This document shows positions 9,421 to 20,737 of a stretch of 64,000 nucleotides of DNA, one piece after another. Under the pieces are notes generated by a model that was not told where the DNA came from, searched no databases, and was given only the letters and a program-made list of their open reading frames with translations. Both the position numbers and the translations under genes were made by a program. The stretch is from the IMG/VR virus record IMGVR_UViG_3300032285_002884; one strand, written 5' to 3'. The first letter of the stretch is position 1. Each line of letters opens with the position of its first letter. The stretch comes from a virus.

Positions 9421-11484
9421 ATGGCAAATAGGCTGATAACAACCAACTACAGTATCAACAACGCTAAGTCTTTCTTGGACTCATTTAACTCTTCTGGGGA
9501 GTCATCTGTTTCAGGAGATAACAGATACTACTTCTTCGTTGGATACAGTAATAGGGTCGGCTCTACTCCACCCGTTCCAAACGACGATACGTATGATACT
9601 CTGTCCGATGCATATAGAAACATGTTGTTTGGAAAGAAGATTGCAAATACCGATGTCAGTCTCTGCATTCCTAGATACGACTACACAGCAAACTCGGTGT
9701 ATGCTCAGTATGATGATCGAGACCCACTGCTCTTTACTAAAGCCTTCTTTGTAAACAACGGCGGCAACATCTTCAAGTGTCTCTTCAACAACTCAAACAA
9801 TGCTTCAACAGTCCCTCCCGACGTAGCGCAGATCGACATCAATGATGAGATCTTTATCACCAGTGACGGATATGTATGGAAGTACATGTACTCTATTGAT
9901 TCGGGATCCAACACTAAATTCACGACTTCTCAGTATCTACCGGTAGTCCCAAACAGTTCGGTGATAGCTGTATCAGTTCCAGGCTCTATCGATGTCGTTT
10001 CTGTCGACAGCGGTGGTTCCGGATATAGTAACTACATCGCGAGTGGTACCTTTAAAGTTTTCAGCGACTACGTCGGCGGTACTATTCCGCTCAACTTGAC
10101 AGGAAGCCCGACCTACTACGGCATAACCGGCGGCGTAGCGACTCCTAACTTCTATGTCGGCTGCTATATCCACATCACTGGGAGCACGGCGAGCTCACCA
10201 TCGGTTGGACAGTATAGAAAGATCATAGCCTCTTCTACTACAGGAAGCACGGTATACGTCCAGCTTCAGAGCGCTTTCAATCCAGTTCCGGACAACACCT
10301 GCAGCTTTGAGATCTACCCTTCAGTAGACATCGTCGGAGATTCTACCGAGACGATCACTGCAGTCGCTATCGCCGTCATCAATGCATCGTCGAGCAACAC
10401 GATCAGTCGAGTCAAGATGCTCGAACGCGGCAAGGATTATAAGTATGCTACCGCGACTGTAAACGCTCCTATTATCGTCTCGCAGCAGCCTGGATTCTCA
10501 GCGGCCTCTGTCAGGCCGATTCTCCCTCCAAGAGGGGGTCATGGCGCCAACCCATACGAGGAGCTCGGAGCCAAGTACGTAGGAGTCAGCGTCACTCTAG
10601 CTAACTCTGAAGCTAACTCCATCATAGCCAACAACACGTACTCTCAGTACGGAATACTTAAAGACCCGCTGTTCGCGAACGTCTCGCTCAACGTCAACAA
10701 CAAGATCGGTACCTTTGCTCCTGCAGAGAACATCTATAAGTTCAAGCCTTACGCTCTTTCAGGAACAATCACTACACAGACAGGAAACTCGGTCATAGTG
10801 GGTTTCGGCACCAGCTTTAATAAGTCATATGCTGCGGGCGACTATATCTACATCACAAACAGCTCAAACACAATATATCAGTTCGCAAAAGTCTCAAGCG
10901 TTACGAACTCTGTATATCTCACCCTAAACACTGGAGCTACCTTTACTGACTCTCTAGGCATCTATGGTGAGTCAGACGTAGTCAGCACCGGCGTCGTCGT
11001 AAGTCAGGCCCTCAACAACATTGTCGTGACTAATACATATGGTACCTTTGCTACCAGCGATCAAGTCATCGGACTTACTACGGGAGCTGTAGCTACGGTC
11101 AACTCGGTGTCTAGAAGCAATCAGACTAAGGGTTTCCAGACCTTCGTCCAGATGTTCTCATATGACGGCACCCTTACTTCTGGAACGTTCATCGCTGACG
11201 AGCAAGTAGTACCCTCAGATAATCAGTATGCCAACGCTACGTTCCACTCCCTTGTAGACTATGGTACCTACAAGAGGATATACTTGACAGATCAGACCGG
11301 CGCTATCACTGCTGGTGGTGGATATTTACTTGGTCAGACCAGCGGCGCGAAGTTCACCATGTCTAATAAATACTATCCGGAGCTAGTGTATGGTTCTGGA
11401 CAAGTTCTATACATTGAGAACATAGATCCAATTACTCGAAAGAGTGATCAATCAGAGAATTTTAAGCTCATCCTCGAGTTTTAA
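9421..11484 (+). CDS. gp8: Baseplate wedge subunit gp8-like
   Basis: IFKCLFNN, DGYVWKYMY, GHGANP..ELGA and C-terminal SGQVLYIEN..PITRxxDQSENFKLILEF. Confidence 0.8.
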   Translation: MANRLITTNYSINNAKSFLDSFNSSGESSVSGDNRYYFFVGYSNRVGSTPPVPNDDTYDTLSDAYRNMLFGKKIANTDVSLCIPRYDYTANSVYAQYDDRDPLLFTKAFFVNNGGNIFKCLFNNSNNASTVPPDVAQIDINDEIFITSDGYVWKYMYSIDSGSNTKFTTSQYLPVVPNSSVIAVSVPGSIDVVSVDSGGSGYSNYIASGTFKVFSDYVGGTIPLNLTGSPTYYGITGGVATPNFYVGCYIHITGSTASSPSVGQYRKIIASSTTGSTVYVQLQSAFNPVPDNTCSFEIYPSVDIVGDSTETITAVAIAVINASSSNTISRVKMLERGKDYKYATATVNAPIIVSQQPGFSAASVRPILPPRGGHGANPYEELGAKYVGVSVTLANSEANSIIANNTYSQYGILKDPLFANVSLNVNNKIGTFAPAENIYKFKPYALSGTITTQTGNSVIVGFGTSFNKSYAAGDYIYITNSSNTIYQFAKVSSVTNSVYLTLNTGATFTDSLGIYGESDVVSTGVVVSQALNNIVVTNTYGTFATSDQVIGLTTGAVATVNSVSRSNQTKGFQTFVQMFSYDGTLTSGTFIADEQVVPSDNQYANATFHSLVDYGTYKRIYLTDQTGAITAGGGYLLGQTSGAKFTMSNKYYPELVYGSGQVLYIENIDPITRKSDQSENFKLILEF

Positions 11485-11496
11485 CAGGGATAGAAT

Positions 11497-14400
11497 ATGC
11501 CTATTACCACGAACCTCAGCGTCTCTCCATATTTTGATGACTTCGATCCGGCGAAAGAGTACTACAAGATCTTGTTTAAGCCCTCAGTGGCTGTCCAGAC
11601 TCGAGAGCTCAATCAGCTGCAGACGACTCTTCAGAACCAGATCGAGCGCTTTGGTAACAACATCTACAAGCGCGGCACGATCATCGACGGCTGTAACTTC
11701 GTATTCTACAGCAACTATCCCTATGCTAAGCTCGTCGACCAAGAGCTAGATGGAACTCCTACAAATCCAGCTAACTATCTAAACCACTTCGTTAAGAACA
11801 GCGCCAACCTTATGGCCTATGTTCTCAACTACACCGTAGGCTATGAGTCAACCAATCCAGACCTTAGCACCCTATATGTTCGATACATCAACAGCGGTAC
11901 TTCTGGAAACTCCTCGGCTTTCTCGGTAGGTGACACTCTTACCGTATACGAAAGCAACAACTCGATCGGCAAGACACAGATCGTCAACGGCGGAGGCAAC
12001 TTCAGCAACGCCGACAGTCTCGTCTTTGTCTCGTCTATCTTGGTAACTCCTACGTCGACAGCTGCGTTCACGGTCGGTGAGAAGATCACTCAGTCTACCA
12101 CCGCGAGCAGGGCGACGATCGTCTCGGTAGATACCTCTACGATTCAGGGCAGCGTCATCCTCGGTCTCAAGCCGTTCTCAAACAGCACGCAGAACGACTT
12201 AACAAACTTAGCGACGCCGGTATCTACTTGGCAGTTCTCAAACAACTTTGGCATCACTGGATCGAGCAGCGGCGCTACCGGCACGGTCTCCGACATCATC
12301 GGTTCCGGAGCAGCAGGCTATCTCACGACCGATACGCAGAACGGAACAGTACAGCAGCTGACTATAACCAGTGGCGGATCAAACTACTACTCGGCTCCTT
12401 ACCTGACCATTCGTCAGTCCTCAGCGTCTGCCGCAGGCAACTACTCTGCCCTGAACCTATCTGCGTTCAACTACATCGCACAGGTCAAGGTATCGAGCAA
12501 CATCGACGCCATCGGCAACGGCTACGCCTTCGGCGTCACCAGCGGCATCATCTACAAGAACGGCTACTTCTTAAACGTCGATCCGCAGACCGTAATCGTA
12601 ACCAAGTACAGCAACTCTCCGAATAACATCTCAATCGGCTTCACGGCCGTAGAGTCGATCGTAAACTACAACGTCGACCCTTCTCTGCTAGACAACGCAA
12701 CGGGCACCTTCAACGAGGTAGCTCCTGGCGCCGATCGTCTCAAGATCGTCCCTACCCTTCTAGTAGTAAACACAGACGTGGCTCAGGCAAACGCAGAGTT
12801 TCTAAGCATCGTTTCTTTCTCGGAAGGTTACCCTTACAAGCAGAACCAGCAGACTCAGTTCAACTCGATCTCTGACGAGATGGCTCGCAGGACTGCCGAG
12901 TCAGCTGGCAACTTTGCAACCAATAGGTTCCAGTCTACCTCTAGGTCGCCCCTCAACTCAAGCGTCGAAGCTAATACGTTCTCAGTCATCGTCGATCCAG
13001 GACAGGGATACATCTCAGGCTACAGGGTAGAGACCCTGAGCAACTATTCTGCCGACATTAAAAAAGGTATCGACTACGATTACTCATATGGGGCAGGAAT
13101 CACCGCTACATACGGTAACTACATCGACGTCATACAGCTCGGCGGCGTGTTCCAGTTCAGCACGGGCGATCAGGTAACTCTATACGATACCCCTGCTTAC
13201 TTCGCCAACAGCAGCTACTCTACGGGAACTATATCACCTGTAGGCAACCCGATCGGTACAGCTAACATTCGTCAGCTTATCCACATCTCCGGCGCTCAGG
13301 GAGACCCGCTAGCTAAGTACAGGATGTTCCTTTTCAACGTCAAGATGAATACTGGCATCTCTTTCTCGACAATAAAGAGCGTATACTATAACAACGTATC
13401 AGCCGGTTATAAGGGCATCGCCGACGTAGTGACCGTATCTATCAGCAGCCAAGCTGGTCAGACTCTTGCGAACAGCGCAGTCCTATCTTCTAACAGCAAG
13501 CTTATATTCCAGTCTGGATTCAAGTCACTTCGTGCCGCTAACAACATCACATATCTAGCAAGGTCTCTTTCGAACAGCTCATTAACTATCGGCAACAGCA
13601 GCTCGAGTGTCACGACCATCACTCTGACTAGCCCTGAAAAGTTCCCTTACCAGAACAACTATACCCTGTCGTATGATGATAAGAACGACATCACCATCGT
13701 ACCTCTCAATGCCGGTCTAACAGTCACTCCTTCGCTCGGCGGAACGGTATCGGCTAACAGCTCTAACTTGATCATGGTCGGTACGAGCACTACGTTCACC
13801 GCACAGAATGCAGACGGTCTAGCTACTGGAGACTACGTCTCAATCTCTGCCAACTCAACCGGCGGTGTCTCGATCAGAAAAGTCGTGTCTGTAAACAGCG
13901 ACACGTCTATCACCCTCGACGCTGCCCCTGCCTTCACCAACTCTTCAGCGGTGATCAGCAGGTACTATCCGCGGAACGTTCCTTTCCCTATCGCGAGCGC
14001 TAATGCGCGTGACAACTTCGTAATCAATACGAACTCGACTGCTACTAGCCTCAACATCTATCTAAATATGAACTTTACTGCGACTGGTAGCTCAAACGTC
14101 GTGATTACGTATCCTGTATTCAGGAACGGTGTTCAGCCTACGTCTAAGGTCACTAACCGCGACATCTTCGTTAAGCTGAGCCTCGCAAACAACGTAGCAG
14201 GTGTAGCGGGTCCTTGGTGTCTCGGCATCCCAGATATCTTTAGACTCAAGAAAGTCTACATGAGTGACAACTTCTCAGTGTCAGACTCTGACTCGGACGT
14301 CACTGATCAGTTCTATATCGATCATAACCAGAACACCGACTTCTACGATCATGGATTCTTGTATCTCAAGAGCAAGGCGTCTCTAGCTCTCTCGACCGCT

Positions 14401-16053
14401 AACTGGCTTCTAGTGCAGCTCGACGCGTTCACTGCGTCTGGTGCGTCACTCTACACTGTTTCTTCTTATGTAAATCCTGATCTAGCAACTAGGTTCACCA
14501 ACGACTCACTCCCTCTCTCGAGTCTAGTAAGCGGAAGCGCGCCGAACACACTCGAGATTCCTGAGATGTTCTCGGATACTGGCGGGTACTATGATCTGAT
14601 CGATACTATCGACTTCAGGCCTCGCGTAGTCAACACCGCGGTACTTACTACGATTCAGGCTAACTCGACGATTAACCCAGCCTATACCACTAACTTTGGA
14701 ACGACCAGCGATCCTACTAATGATAAGAAGTTTCCAGTGTCTGGAACTGGCGTCAACTTTGACGCGTCGTTCTTCATGGGAAGAGCCGACCTTGTCTTAG
14801 TAAATACCAATAACCAGATATCGATACTTGCAGGCAAGGCATCATCTGGTGCTACCTATAAAGTCCCATCTACACCGAAGAACAGCATGCCTATCAATGT
14901 CATGGTCGTGCCTCCGTATCCTGGACTTCCATTCCAGAGGTCTCAGCAGATTGCAGACATCTTGTCGACGGGCGTAGCTAGCGAGAAGTTTAGTTTCCAG
15001 AGAAATAACAAGCATACCATCACTACCAAGTACAGCGACTCTGTTATCCAAAGCTATCAGCCGGCTGGATATACGATGGCTAACATCGGAACGCTTGAGA
15101 GGAGGATCTCTGCTCTCGAGTACTACGTCGCGTTGTCTTCTCTTGAAGGAAGCATTAAAGATCTAACGATTCCAAGCTCTGTATCTTTTGGAATCAATAG
15201 GTTCAAGTTCGGCTTCTTTGTCGACGACTTCTCTACTACAAAGTACTCTGATCTAAAGAACCCAGAGTTCTATGCAGCCGTATCCAACAGCTTCGTGACG
15301 CCTCCGGTAGACACTCACATCGTTAAGTGGAAGCCTACCTGGCCAGTCGCTTATACGGAATACAGTCTCGTAAGTCAGTCACTCGCTACCGTGACAAACG
15401 TCGTCTCAAATGTTCAGCCTATCATCTACAACGGGATAGTTACTCTACTTGATCCTGACTATCTTGAAGTAAACACGTACTCTAAGCTACACAAGATGGT
15501 CCAACAGATCTGGCAGGGTAATCGCGTCCACGTCAAGATTAAGGGTCTAAAGCCTTCTACTGTACATTCTATTAAGTTAGATGACAAAGATGTGGCAAAT
15601 AATATAATCGTGGTCAACTCAGGTTTCTACCCTAATACATACAGGTGTGGCGTGCTCGGTGGAACTTTCCTGACAGACACTAAGGGGCAGATTGAGTTCT
15701 ACATGAACATAAAGCTTGATGAGACAGTACTCCTAGCAGACAGCGTTCTAGTGATGCACATGAAGGGAGCTACAGTAGATCCTGGTAACAAGCTGTTCAA
15801 AGTATTCAACACAGACAATACGTCACTCGCATCGTTCTTCTTGAAGCCTAAAAGAGCAGTTGCCCAGCCTGCTGATAGTGACGACAGAGATCGAGGAGGG
15901 GACCGCGACAATCGCGGACCAGAAGTATCTTCTGAACCTAGTTCTGAAAAATCTGAATCTAGCTCTGATAGCTCAAGCGGCTCAAAAAGTACAGGTACGA
16001 AAGAAGCTGGTGGAAACTACGGAGCTACTTCTGATGGTAATGCTTTCGCTTAA
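11497..16053 (+). CDS. Large virion structural protein (DUF4815/VrlC-like), N-terminal part
   Basis: NLSVSPYFDDFD..KEYYKILFKP..AVQTRELNQLQ, APGADRLKI, YTMxxIGxLERRI and RFKFGFFVDDF motifs. Confidence 0.75.
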   Translation: MPITTNLSVSPYFDDFDPAKEYYKILFKPSVAVQTRELNQLQTTLQNQIERFGNNIYKRGTIIDGCNFVFYSNYPYAKLVDQELDGTPTNPANYLNHFVKNSANLMAYVLNYTVGYESTNPDLSTLYVRYINSGTSGNSSAFSVGDTLTVYESNNSIGKTQIVNGGGNFSNADSLVFVSSILVTPTSTAAFTVGEKITQSTTASRATIVSVDTSTIQGSVILGLKPFSNSTQNDLTNLATPVSTWQFSNNFGITGSSSGATGTVSDIIGSGAAGYLTTDTQNGTVQQLTITSGGSNYYSAPYLTIRQSSASAAGNYSALNLSAFNYIAQVKVSSNIDAIGNGYAFGVTSGIIYKNGYFLNVDPQTVIVTKYSNSPNNISIGFTAVESIVNYNVDPSLLDNATGTFNEVAPGADRLKIVPTLLVVNTDVAQANAEFLSIVSFSEGYPYKQNQQTQFNSISDEMARRTAESAGNFATNRFQSTSRSPLNSSVEANTFSVIVDPGQGYISGYRVETLSNYSADIKKGIDYDYSYGAGITATYGNYIDVIQLGGVFQFSTGDQVTLYDTPAYFANSSYSTGTISPVGNPIGTANIRQLIHISGAQGDPLAKYRMFLFNVKMNTGISFSTIKSVYYNNVSAGYKGIADVVTVSISSQAGQTLANSAVLSSNSKLIFQSGFKSLRAANNITYLARSLSNSSLTIGNSSSSVTTITLTSPEKFPYQNNYTLSYDDKNDITIVPLNAGLTVTPSLGGTVSANSSNLIMVGTSTTFTAQNADGLATGDYVSISANSTGGVSIRKVVSVNSDTSITLDAAPAFTNSSAVISRYYPRNVPFPIASANARDNFVINTNSTATSLNIYLNMNFTATGSSNVVITYPVFRNGVQPTSKVTNRDIFVKLSLANNVAGVAGPWCLGIPDIFRLKKVYMSDNFSVSDSDSDVTDQFYIDHNQNTDFYDHGFLYLKSKASLALSTANWLLVQLDAFTASGASLYTVSSYVNPDLATRFTNDSLPLSSLVSGSAPNTLEIPEMFSDTGGYYDLIDTIDFRPRVVNTAVLTTIQANSTINPAYTTNFGTTSDPTNDKKFPVSGTGVNFDASFFMGRADLVLVNTNNQISILAGKASSGATYKVPSTPKNSMPINVMVVPPYPGLPFQRSQQIADILSTGVASEKFSFQRNNKHTITTKYSDSVIQSYQPAGYTMANIGTLERRISALEYYVALSSLEGSIKDLTIPSSVSFGINRFKFGFFVDDFSTTKYSDLKNPEFYAAVSNSFVTPPVDTHIVKWKPTWPVAYTEYSLVSQSLATVTNVVSNVQPIIYNGIVTLLDPDYLEVNTYSKLHKMVQQIWQGNRVHVKIKGLKPSTVHSIKLDDKDVANNIIVVNSGFYPNTYRCGVLGGTFLTDTKGQIEFYMNIKLDETVLLADSVLVMHMKGATVDPGNKLFKVFNTDNTSLASFFLKPKRAVAQPADSDDRDRGGDRDNRGPEVSSEPSSEKSESSSDSSSGSKSTGTKEAGGNYGATSDGNAFA

Positions 16054-16098
16054 TGTGTGAATAAATATACTAAGAATTAAAATTAAAAGGAATCGTTG

Positions 16099-19000
16099 AT
16101 GCTGTTCAATCTGGCTCAGACTTTCTACGTTGATGGTGACGCTGTCGCAAAGTCCGATAACATTGTTCTGACAAGTATAAATCTCTACTTCAAGAGCGTA
16201 CCTAAGGCTACTAACAACAAGTCAGGAATCAACAACCCTGGCGTTACCGTTACCATCTCCAAGGTGCTGCCTGATGGGTCGCCAAACATTAATGGTCTCG
16301 TAGATAGAGCCGTATCGAGACTCGAGTACAGCGATATAGCTGCGTCGACTGATGCTTCTACGGGTACTAAATTCTATTTCTCAAGCTACCCTATCATCCT
16401 CCAGACTAATCAGACCTATGCCATCCTTGTAAAGTACGACGGTGACGAGGACTTCGTGCTCTGGTCGGCTCGTGAGAACGACATCATCGTCGGAACTAAC
16501 CAGACAGCAGCTGGCGCATTTGCAAAGAACGTCGTAGCTTACTATGAGCTAGCAGAAGCCCTTATAAGCTCTGCTCCTCCAAGTTCTTCTAACAGCGGCT
16601 CAATAGGCTACTCGAGCGGTACTCAATCGTACTGGAAGTCACTTAAGAACATGGACTTAAAGTTCACTGTCTTCTGTGCTAGGTTTAATGTCTCTTCTGT
16701 GGTTTCAAACGCTGCTATCTCTGGATACAGCGCTGTCTACAACAACGTCAAGAATCGTCAAGAGTTTATCACCTTCGATAAGCTTAACTCATATGCCATA
16801 TACGGTGGACGCTACAGCAAGCGCGGCGGCTCTTCATCGATCCTTCATACTATCGGCTGGGACGACTATTCAAACAAGGGTGAGCTCGTATATCAAGTCA
16901 CTCCTATGCTCAACGGAACCCTTACCGTAAACTCGAGCTCCACTACCATCAGATCAAATGATACCAGTAAGATCAACTTTACCAATGTGTATAAGCAGAA
17001 CGGTACAGACGACATGTACATCGTTCTCATCTCTAACAACTACATGGACACCGATACCAGAAACTTCCTAGCTCGTCCAAAGATCAAGTACCCTACCGGC
17101 TCGAACCAGTATGATCCGTTCAGAAGCGATACCGACGTCAGAAAGATCGTGTCTATCGTAAACGCGTCGGCAATCATAGTCGATAACAACCCGACTTTCA
17201 GTGATACTACGGCGAGGATGTCGATCTCTCCTGTCGGTGTCTTGTCTCTAATGGATAATAGAAATCATCTTCTTCCTGACTCTGATGGTGACTACGATGA
17301 TACCGACGTTTTCAGGACAAAGAATCAGAACATAGTTCATCTTGATAACTCAAATGCAAACTCGGTAGTTAGATTCGTCAATAACGCCATCGAGTACATT
17401 GCTCTCAACCTGCCACAGGTAAGCTACAACGGGATATTCTCGATCTCAAACAGCTCGATAACTACTCCGATGTACGGAATCACCGTAGGCACTCAAGCCT
17501 CGGTCAATGCGATCGTCTCCGTTGGTGAGAAGCAGACTATTCAGTCGTCTACCGATGCTATCAACTGGACTACAAAGTTCTCGAACTCTTCATCTAATGC
17601 CGCTCTATACTCCGTCATCAGTGGAAACAACATTTTCGTCGCTGTTGGAAACAACTCGCTGGCGCTGTATTCGAACGCTTCTCTAAGCACTTGGTACAAG
17701 TCGGTGACTCCTCAGATCGACGGACAGTATGCTCTCAGAGGCGTAGCATACGGCGGTGGTACGTTTGTCGCGGTCGGCAGGTATAAGTCTGACAAGACCG
17801 GAGCATACATCCTCGTATCTAACAGCACACTTATCACAAACAGCACTGCTGGGTGGACGCAGAAGACTTTCTCCGGTTCAACTTCGAGCGGCGCTCTCAG
17901 GTCCGTGACTTATGGAGCGGCCGGAACGTTCGTTGCCGTCGGTGATAATACGTTCGCCATCTCTACCGACTACGGAGCTACGTGGAGTGCAGTATCGCAG
18001 AACAGTGTAGGCAAGGGCCAGTACTTCGATGTCACATACGGCAACAGCGTCTATGTCGCAGTCGGAAGCTCTGGCGTCCAGACATCTACTGACGGACTGA
18101 ACTGGGTCTACAGACCAATCGACAGCTCCCATGTCGGTCAGTATATCTTCAGCGTATCCTACGGCAATGGAAACTTTGTAGCTGTCGGAGGCAGGGGATC
18201 TAAGAGAGACCACTACATCGCGGTATCTTCGGACAACGGTACGACCTGGACATACAGAGACGCCCCTAAGACTCTCAAGAGATACCTCGACCGTCAGGGC
18301 TCTTTCCGTCAGATCGGATACGGTGTCATCAACTCAACGTTTGACGTCTTCGCTGCCACGTCGATGCCGCGCGATCGCAGGATCGGCGATAGGTTCAACT
18401 ACGGCTACGGTCAGTTCATATACGCTACTTCCGCCACAGTCGCCAGCATGGCTCCGGGTGCCAACGTCGAGAGCTCTACCGGAACTGGCTACTCATCTTC
18501 TGACTACATCGAGATCTCTACTGCAAATACTCAGTATCCAAGCTATGGAAATACTCGATGCTATGCCTATGCTAACATCGCCGTAAACGGCTCGGGCGGC
18601 ATCACCTCGGTCACTATTTCAAATACGGGTTATGGTTTTCCAGGAGTCAACACCCTTAACAATATCAAGTATAGGATCTTAAACTCGGGTGGTTCCCTCT
18701 CTTCTGGTTCAGGCGCCAACTTGAGCTTCTTTGTCGGCTCGACTGTTAGGACTGAGCACAGCGGTCTCGTATTCAGTAACACTACAGTAATCGACATTCC
18801 GATCAGCAAGGTAGTCCCTGCTATTCGCTTAACTAGGTCTATCCACGATAGAAGCTACGATCTCAAGATGGTCTTGAACTGGACTAGGGATGCTTTGACC
18901 GGAAAGTCAAGACTAGCCAGCTCAATAAATGCCGTCCCGCTTGCGATTTATTCAAATACTCATCTTGAATCAAACAGCGTCTATGTGATGATGTCTCGCT

Positions 19001-19896
19001 CAAACGAGGTCCTTGGTTCAAGTTCTAACAGCGTATTGGTAGTAAACGCCGTCTCGAACAGCGACTTCAGCTATCCATACCCCGTCTTTACGGACGTGTT
19101 CAACGAGACCTATGTCATCAACAACGACTACAGCAACGAGAATACTCGTCACGGAAACGCTCTAGCAAAGCATATCTCTACCAAGATCAACTTTGCTCAG
19201 GGTAAGATGGCCGAGGACATCGTAGTATACATCGACGCGTACAGGCCTGTCGGTACCGACATTCAAGTATTTGCTAAGATCTACAACAGCGCAGACTTTG
19301 ACTCGTTTGACGACAAAGACTGGACGAGACTTACATACACCAACGCCGCTATGTCCTCGGTCTATTCTGGACAGGGTAACTACTCGGATGTCAAGGAATA
19401 TACGTATGGGTTCCAAGCGCAGCCGAACACAGTATTCACTTCGACTGGAACGGTTCAGACGACTCTCAGCAACTCGACGATTACTGGCTCCGGAACTACT
19501 TTCTCACTCGACTATAAGCCAGGCGACCTGATCAAGATCCAGAGTCCACTGTTCTCTAACAACTACCAGATCTCGGTAGTCAACAGCGTCGCGAACGACA
19601 CCTCACTTATCTTGACTGACGTCGTCGCAAACAACAACTTAGTCGGAAGCGGTTTCAACATCGCCCTTCTCGGCCGTGCCCCGATCATTCAGTCTTCGGG
19701 TGCGATCATCTCGAGCGGATATCCATATCAGGCATTCAACAACATCACGAACGGAAACGTCATCAGGTACTACAACTCATCTATGGTACCGTTTGATACC
19801 TACGATACTTTCCAGATCAAGATGGTCCTGCTATCTAACAGCGTCGCAGTAGCTCCTATGGTAAACAACATCAGGGCGATCGGTGTGTCTGCATGA
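16099..19896 (+). CDS. Large virion structural protein (LAQTF-type, VrlC C-terminal-like) with beta-propeller insert
   Basis: Starts LAQTFYVD...LTSINLYFKS; DLKF motif; five FVAVG-type blades with SxDxGxTW boxes; ends FQIKMVL...IRAIG. Confidence 0.7.
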   Translation: MLFNLAQTFYVDGDAVAKSDNIVLTSINLYFKSVPKATNNKSGINNPGVTVTISKVLPDGSPNINGLVDRAVSRLEYSDIAASTDASTGTKFYFSSYPIILQTNQTYAILVKYDGDEDFVLWSARENDIIVGTNQTAAGAFAKNVVAYYELAEALISSAPPSSSNSGSIGYSSGTQSYWKSLKNMDLKFTVFCARFNVSSVVSNAAISGYSAVYNNVKNRQEFITFDKLNSYAIYGGRYSKRGGSSSILHTIGWDDYSNKGELVYQVTPMLNGTLTVNSSSTTIRSNDTSKINFTNVYKQNGTDDMYIVLISNNYMDTDTRNFLARPKIKYPTGSNQYDPFRSDTDVRKIVSIVNASAIIVDNNPTFSDTTARMSISPVGVLSLMDNRNHLLPDSDGDYDDTDVFRTKNQNIVHLDNSNANSVVRFVNNAIEYIALNLPQVSYNGIFSISNSSITTPMYGITVGTQASVNAIVSVGEKQTIQSSTDAINWTTKFSNSSSNAALYSVISGNNIFVAVGNNSLALYSNASLSTWYKSVTPQIDGQYALRGVAYGGGTFVAVGRYKSDKTGAYILVSNSTLITNSTAGWTQKTFSGSTSSGALRSVTYGAAGTFVAVGDNTFAISTDYGATWSAVSQNSVGKGQYFDVTYGNSVYVAVGSSGVQTSTDGLNWVYRPIDSSHVGQYIFSVSYGNGNFVAVGGRGSKRDHYIAVSSDNGTTWTYRDAPKTLKRYLDRQGSFRQIGYGVINSTFDVFAATSMPRDRRIGDRFNYGYGQFIYATSATVASMAPGANVESSTGTGYSSSDYIEISTANTQYPSYGNTRCYAYANIAVNGSGGITSVTISNTGYGFPGVNTLNNIKYRILNSGGSLSSGSGANLSFFVGSTVRTEHSGLVFSNTTVIDIPISKVVPAIRLTRSIHDRSYDLKMVLNWTRDALTGKSRLASSINAVPLAIYSNTHLESNSVYVMMSRSNEVLGSSSNSVLVVNAVSNSDFSYPYPVFTDVFNETYVINNDYSNENTRHGNALAKHISTKINFAQGKMAEDIVVYIDAYRPVGTDIQVFAKIYNSADFDSFDDKDWTRLTYTNAAMSSVYSGQGNYSDVKEYTYGFQAQPNTVFTSTGTVQTTLSNSTITGSGTTFSLDYKPGDLIKIQSPLFSNNYQISVVNSVANDTSLILTDVVANNNLVGSGFNIALLGRAPIIQSSGAIISSGYPYQAFNNITNGNVIRYYNSSMVPFDTYDTFQIKMVLLSNSVAVAPMVNNIRAIGVSA

Positions 19897-20114
19897 TTGA
19901 TCTAGAAAAGACAAACGCTGCTGGACTGATGCGAGACAAGTCTACAGGCGCAATTATAAATACGAATGAGTCAGAGTATCTCACGTATAGAGAACAGGTC
20001 GCTAGGGCTAAAGAGGTAAACTCTCTTAAGAACCAAGTCGACGATATAAGAGGCGAAGTAAGTGAGATCAAAGACATGCTCAAGTCAATCCTGCAGGCGG
20101 TAAAGAATGGCTAA
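19893..20114 (+). CDS. Small conserved T4-like hypothetical protein with coiled coil
   Basis: GLMRDKSTGAIINTN...EVSEIKDML; translationally coupled on both sides. Confidence 0.65.
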   Translation: MIDLEKTNAAGLMRDKSTGAIINTNESEYLTYREQVARAKEVNSLKNQVDDIRGEVSEIKDMLKSILQAVKNG

Positions 20115-20736
20115 TACATATCTACCAACGGTCAACGTCTCTTCAGATACTTTCGACTCATGGATAGCCGCGACCAACAGCGCCATCTATGCGCTGCAGA
20201 GCATAGTAGTTACCGCTTCCCCTACCGGCGCCGGTGACTACACTTACGGCAACGGCTACGTTCAGGGCATCCTCGGTGCAAACACCCTAGTCGCTACCAA
20301 CATCAGGTCGGGTAACGTACAGGGAGCAAACTCTACTCTGTACATCCAGTCAAACACCGCTTTCTCTGGTAACTCGGTCAGCGTAAACGGTTACGTCTCA
20401 GTTGGACAGGGACTCTCGGTATATCAGTCAGCTAACTTAGTCGTCAACTCTTCTGCTGGACAAGTCATCGACACGTTCTCGAACTCGTCTTTCAGGACCG
20501 TCAAGTACGTCATAAGCATCAAGGACAACAACGCCAACAACTATCAGGCTACCGAGATAATGCTCCTCCAGAGCGGAGGCAACGTGTACGTGACGGAGTA
20601 CGCCACGCTCATCAGCAACAGCTCACTCGCTCAGTTCTCGGCCAACGTCGCTTCGGGTAACGTAAACCTTCTCTATACTCCTGGCGTCTCTACGAATAGC
20701 ACCATCAACATCGTCAAGACAATGGTATCGGTGTAA
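20107..20736 (+). CDS. Virion structural/fibre-associated protein
   Basis: DTFDSW N-terminus and an IDTFS..SFRTVKYVISI..YQATEI..TEYA domain seen in myovirus fibre proteins. Confidence 0.6.
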   Translation: MANTYLPTVNVSSDTFDSWIAATNSAIYALQSIVVTASPTGAGDYTYGNGYVQGILGANTLVATNIRSGNVQGANSTLYIQSNTAFSGNSVSVNGYVSVGQGLSVYQSANLVVNSSAGQVIDTFSNSSFRTVKYVISIKDNNANNYQATEIMLLQSGGNVYVTEYATLISNSSLAQFSANVASGNVNLLYTPGVSTNSTINIVKTMVSV

Positions 20737-20737
20737 C

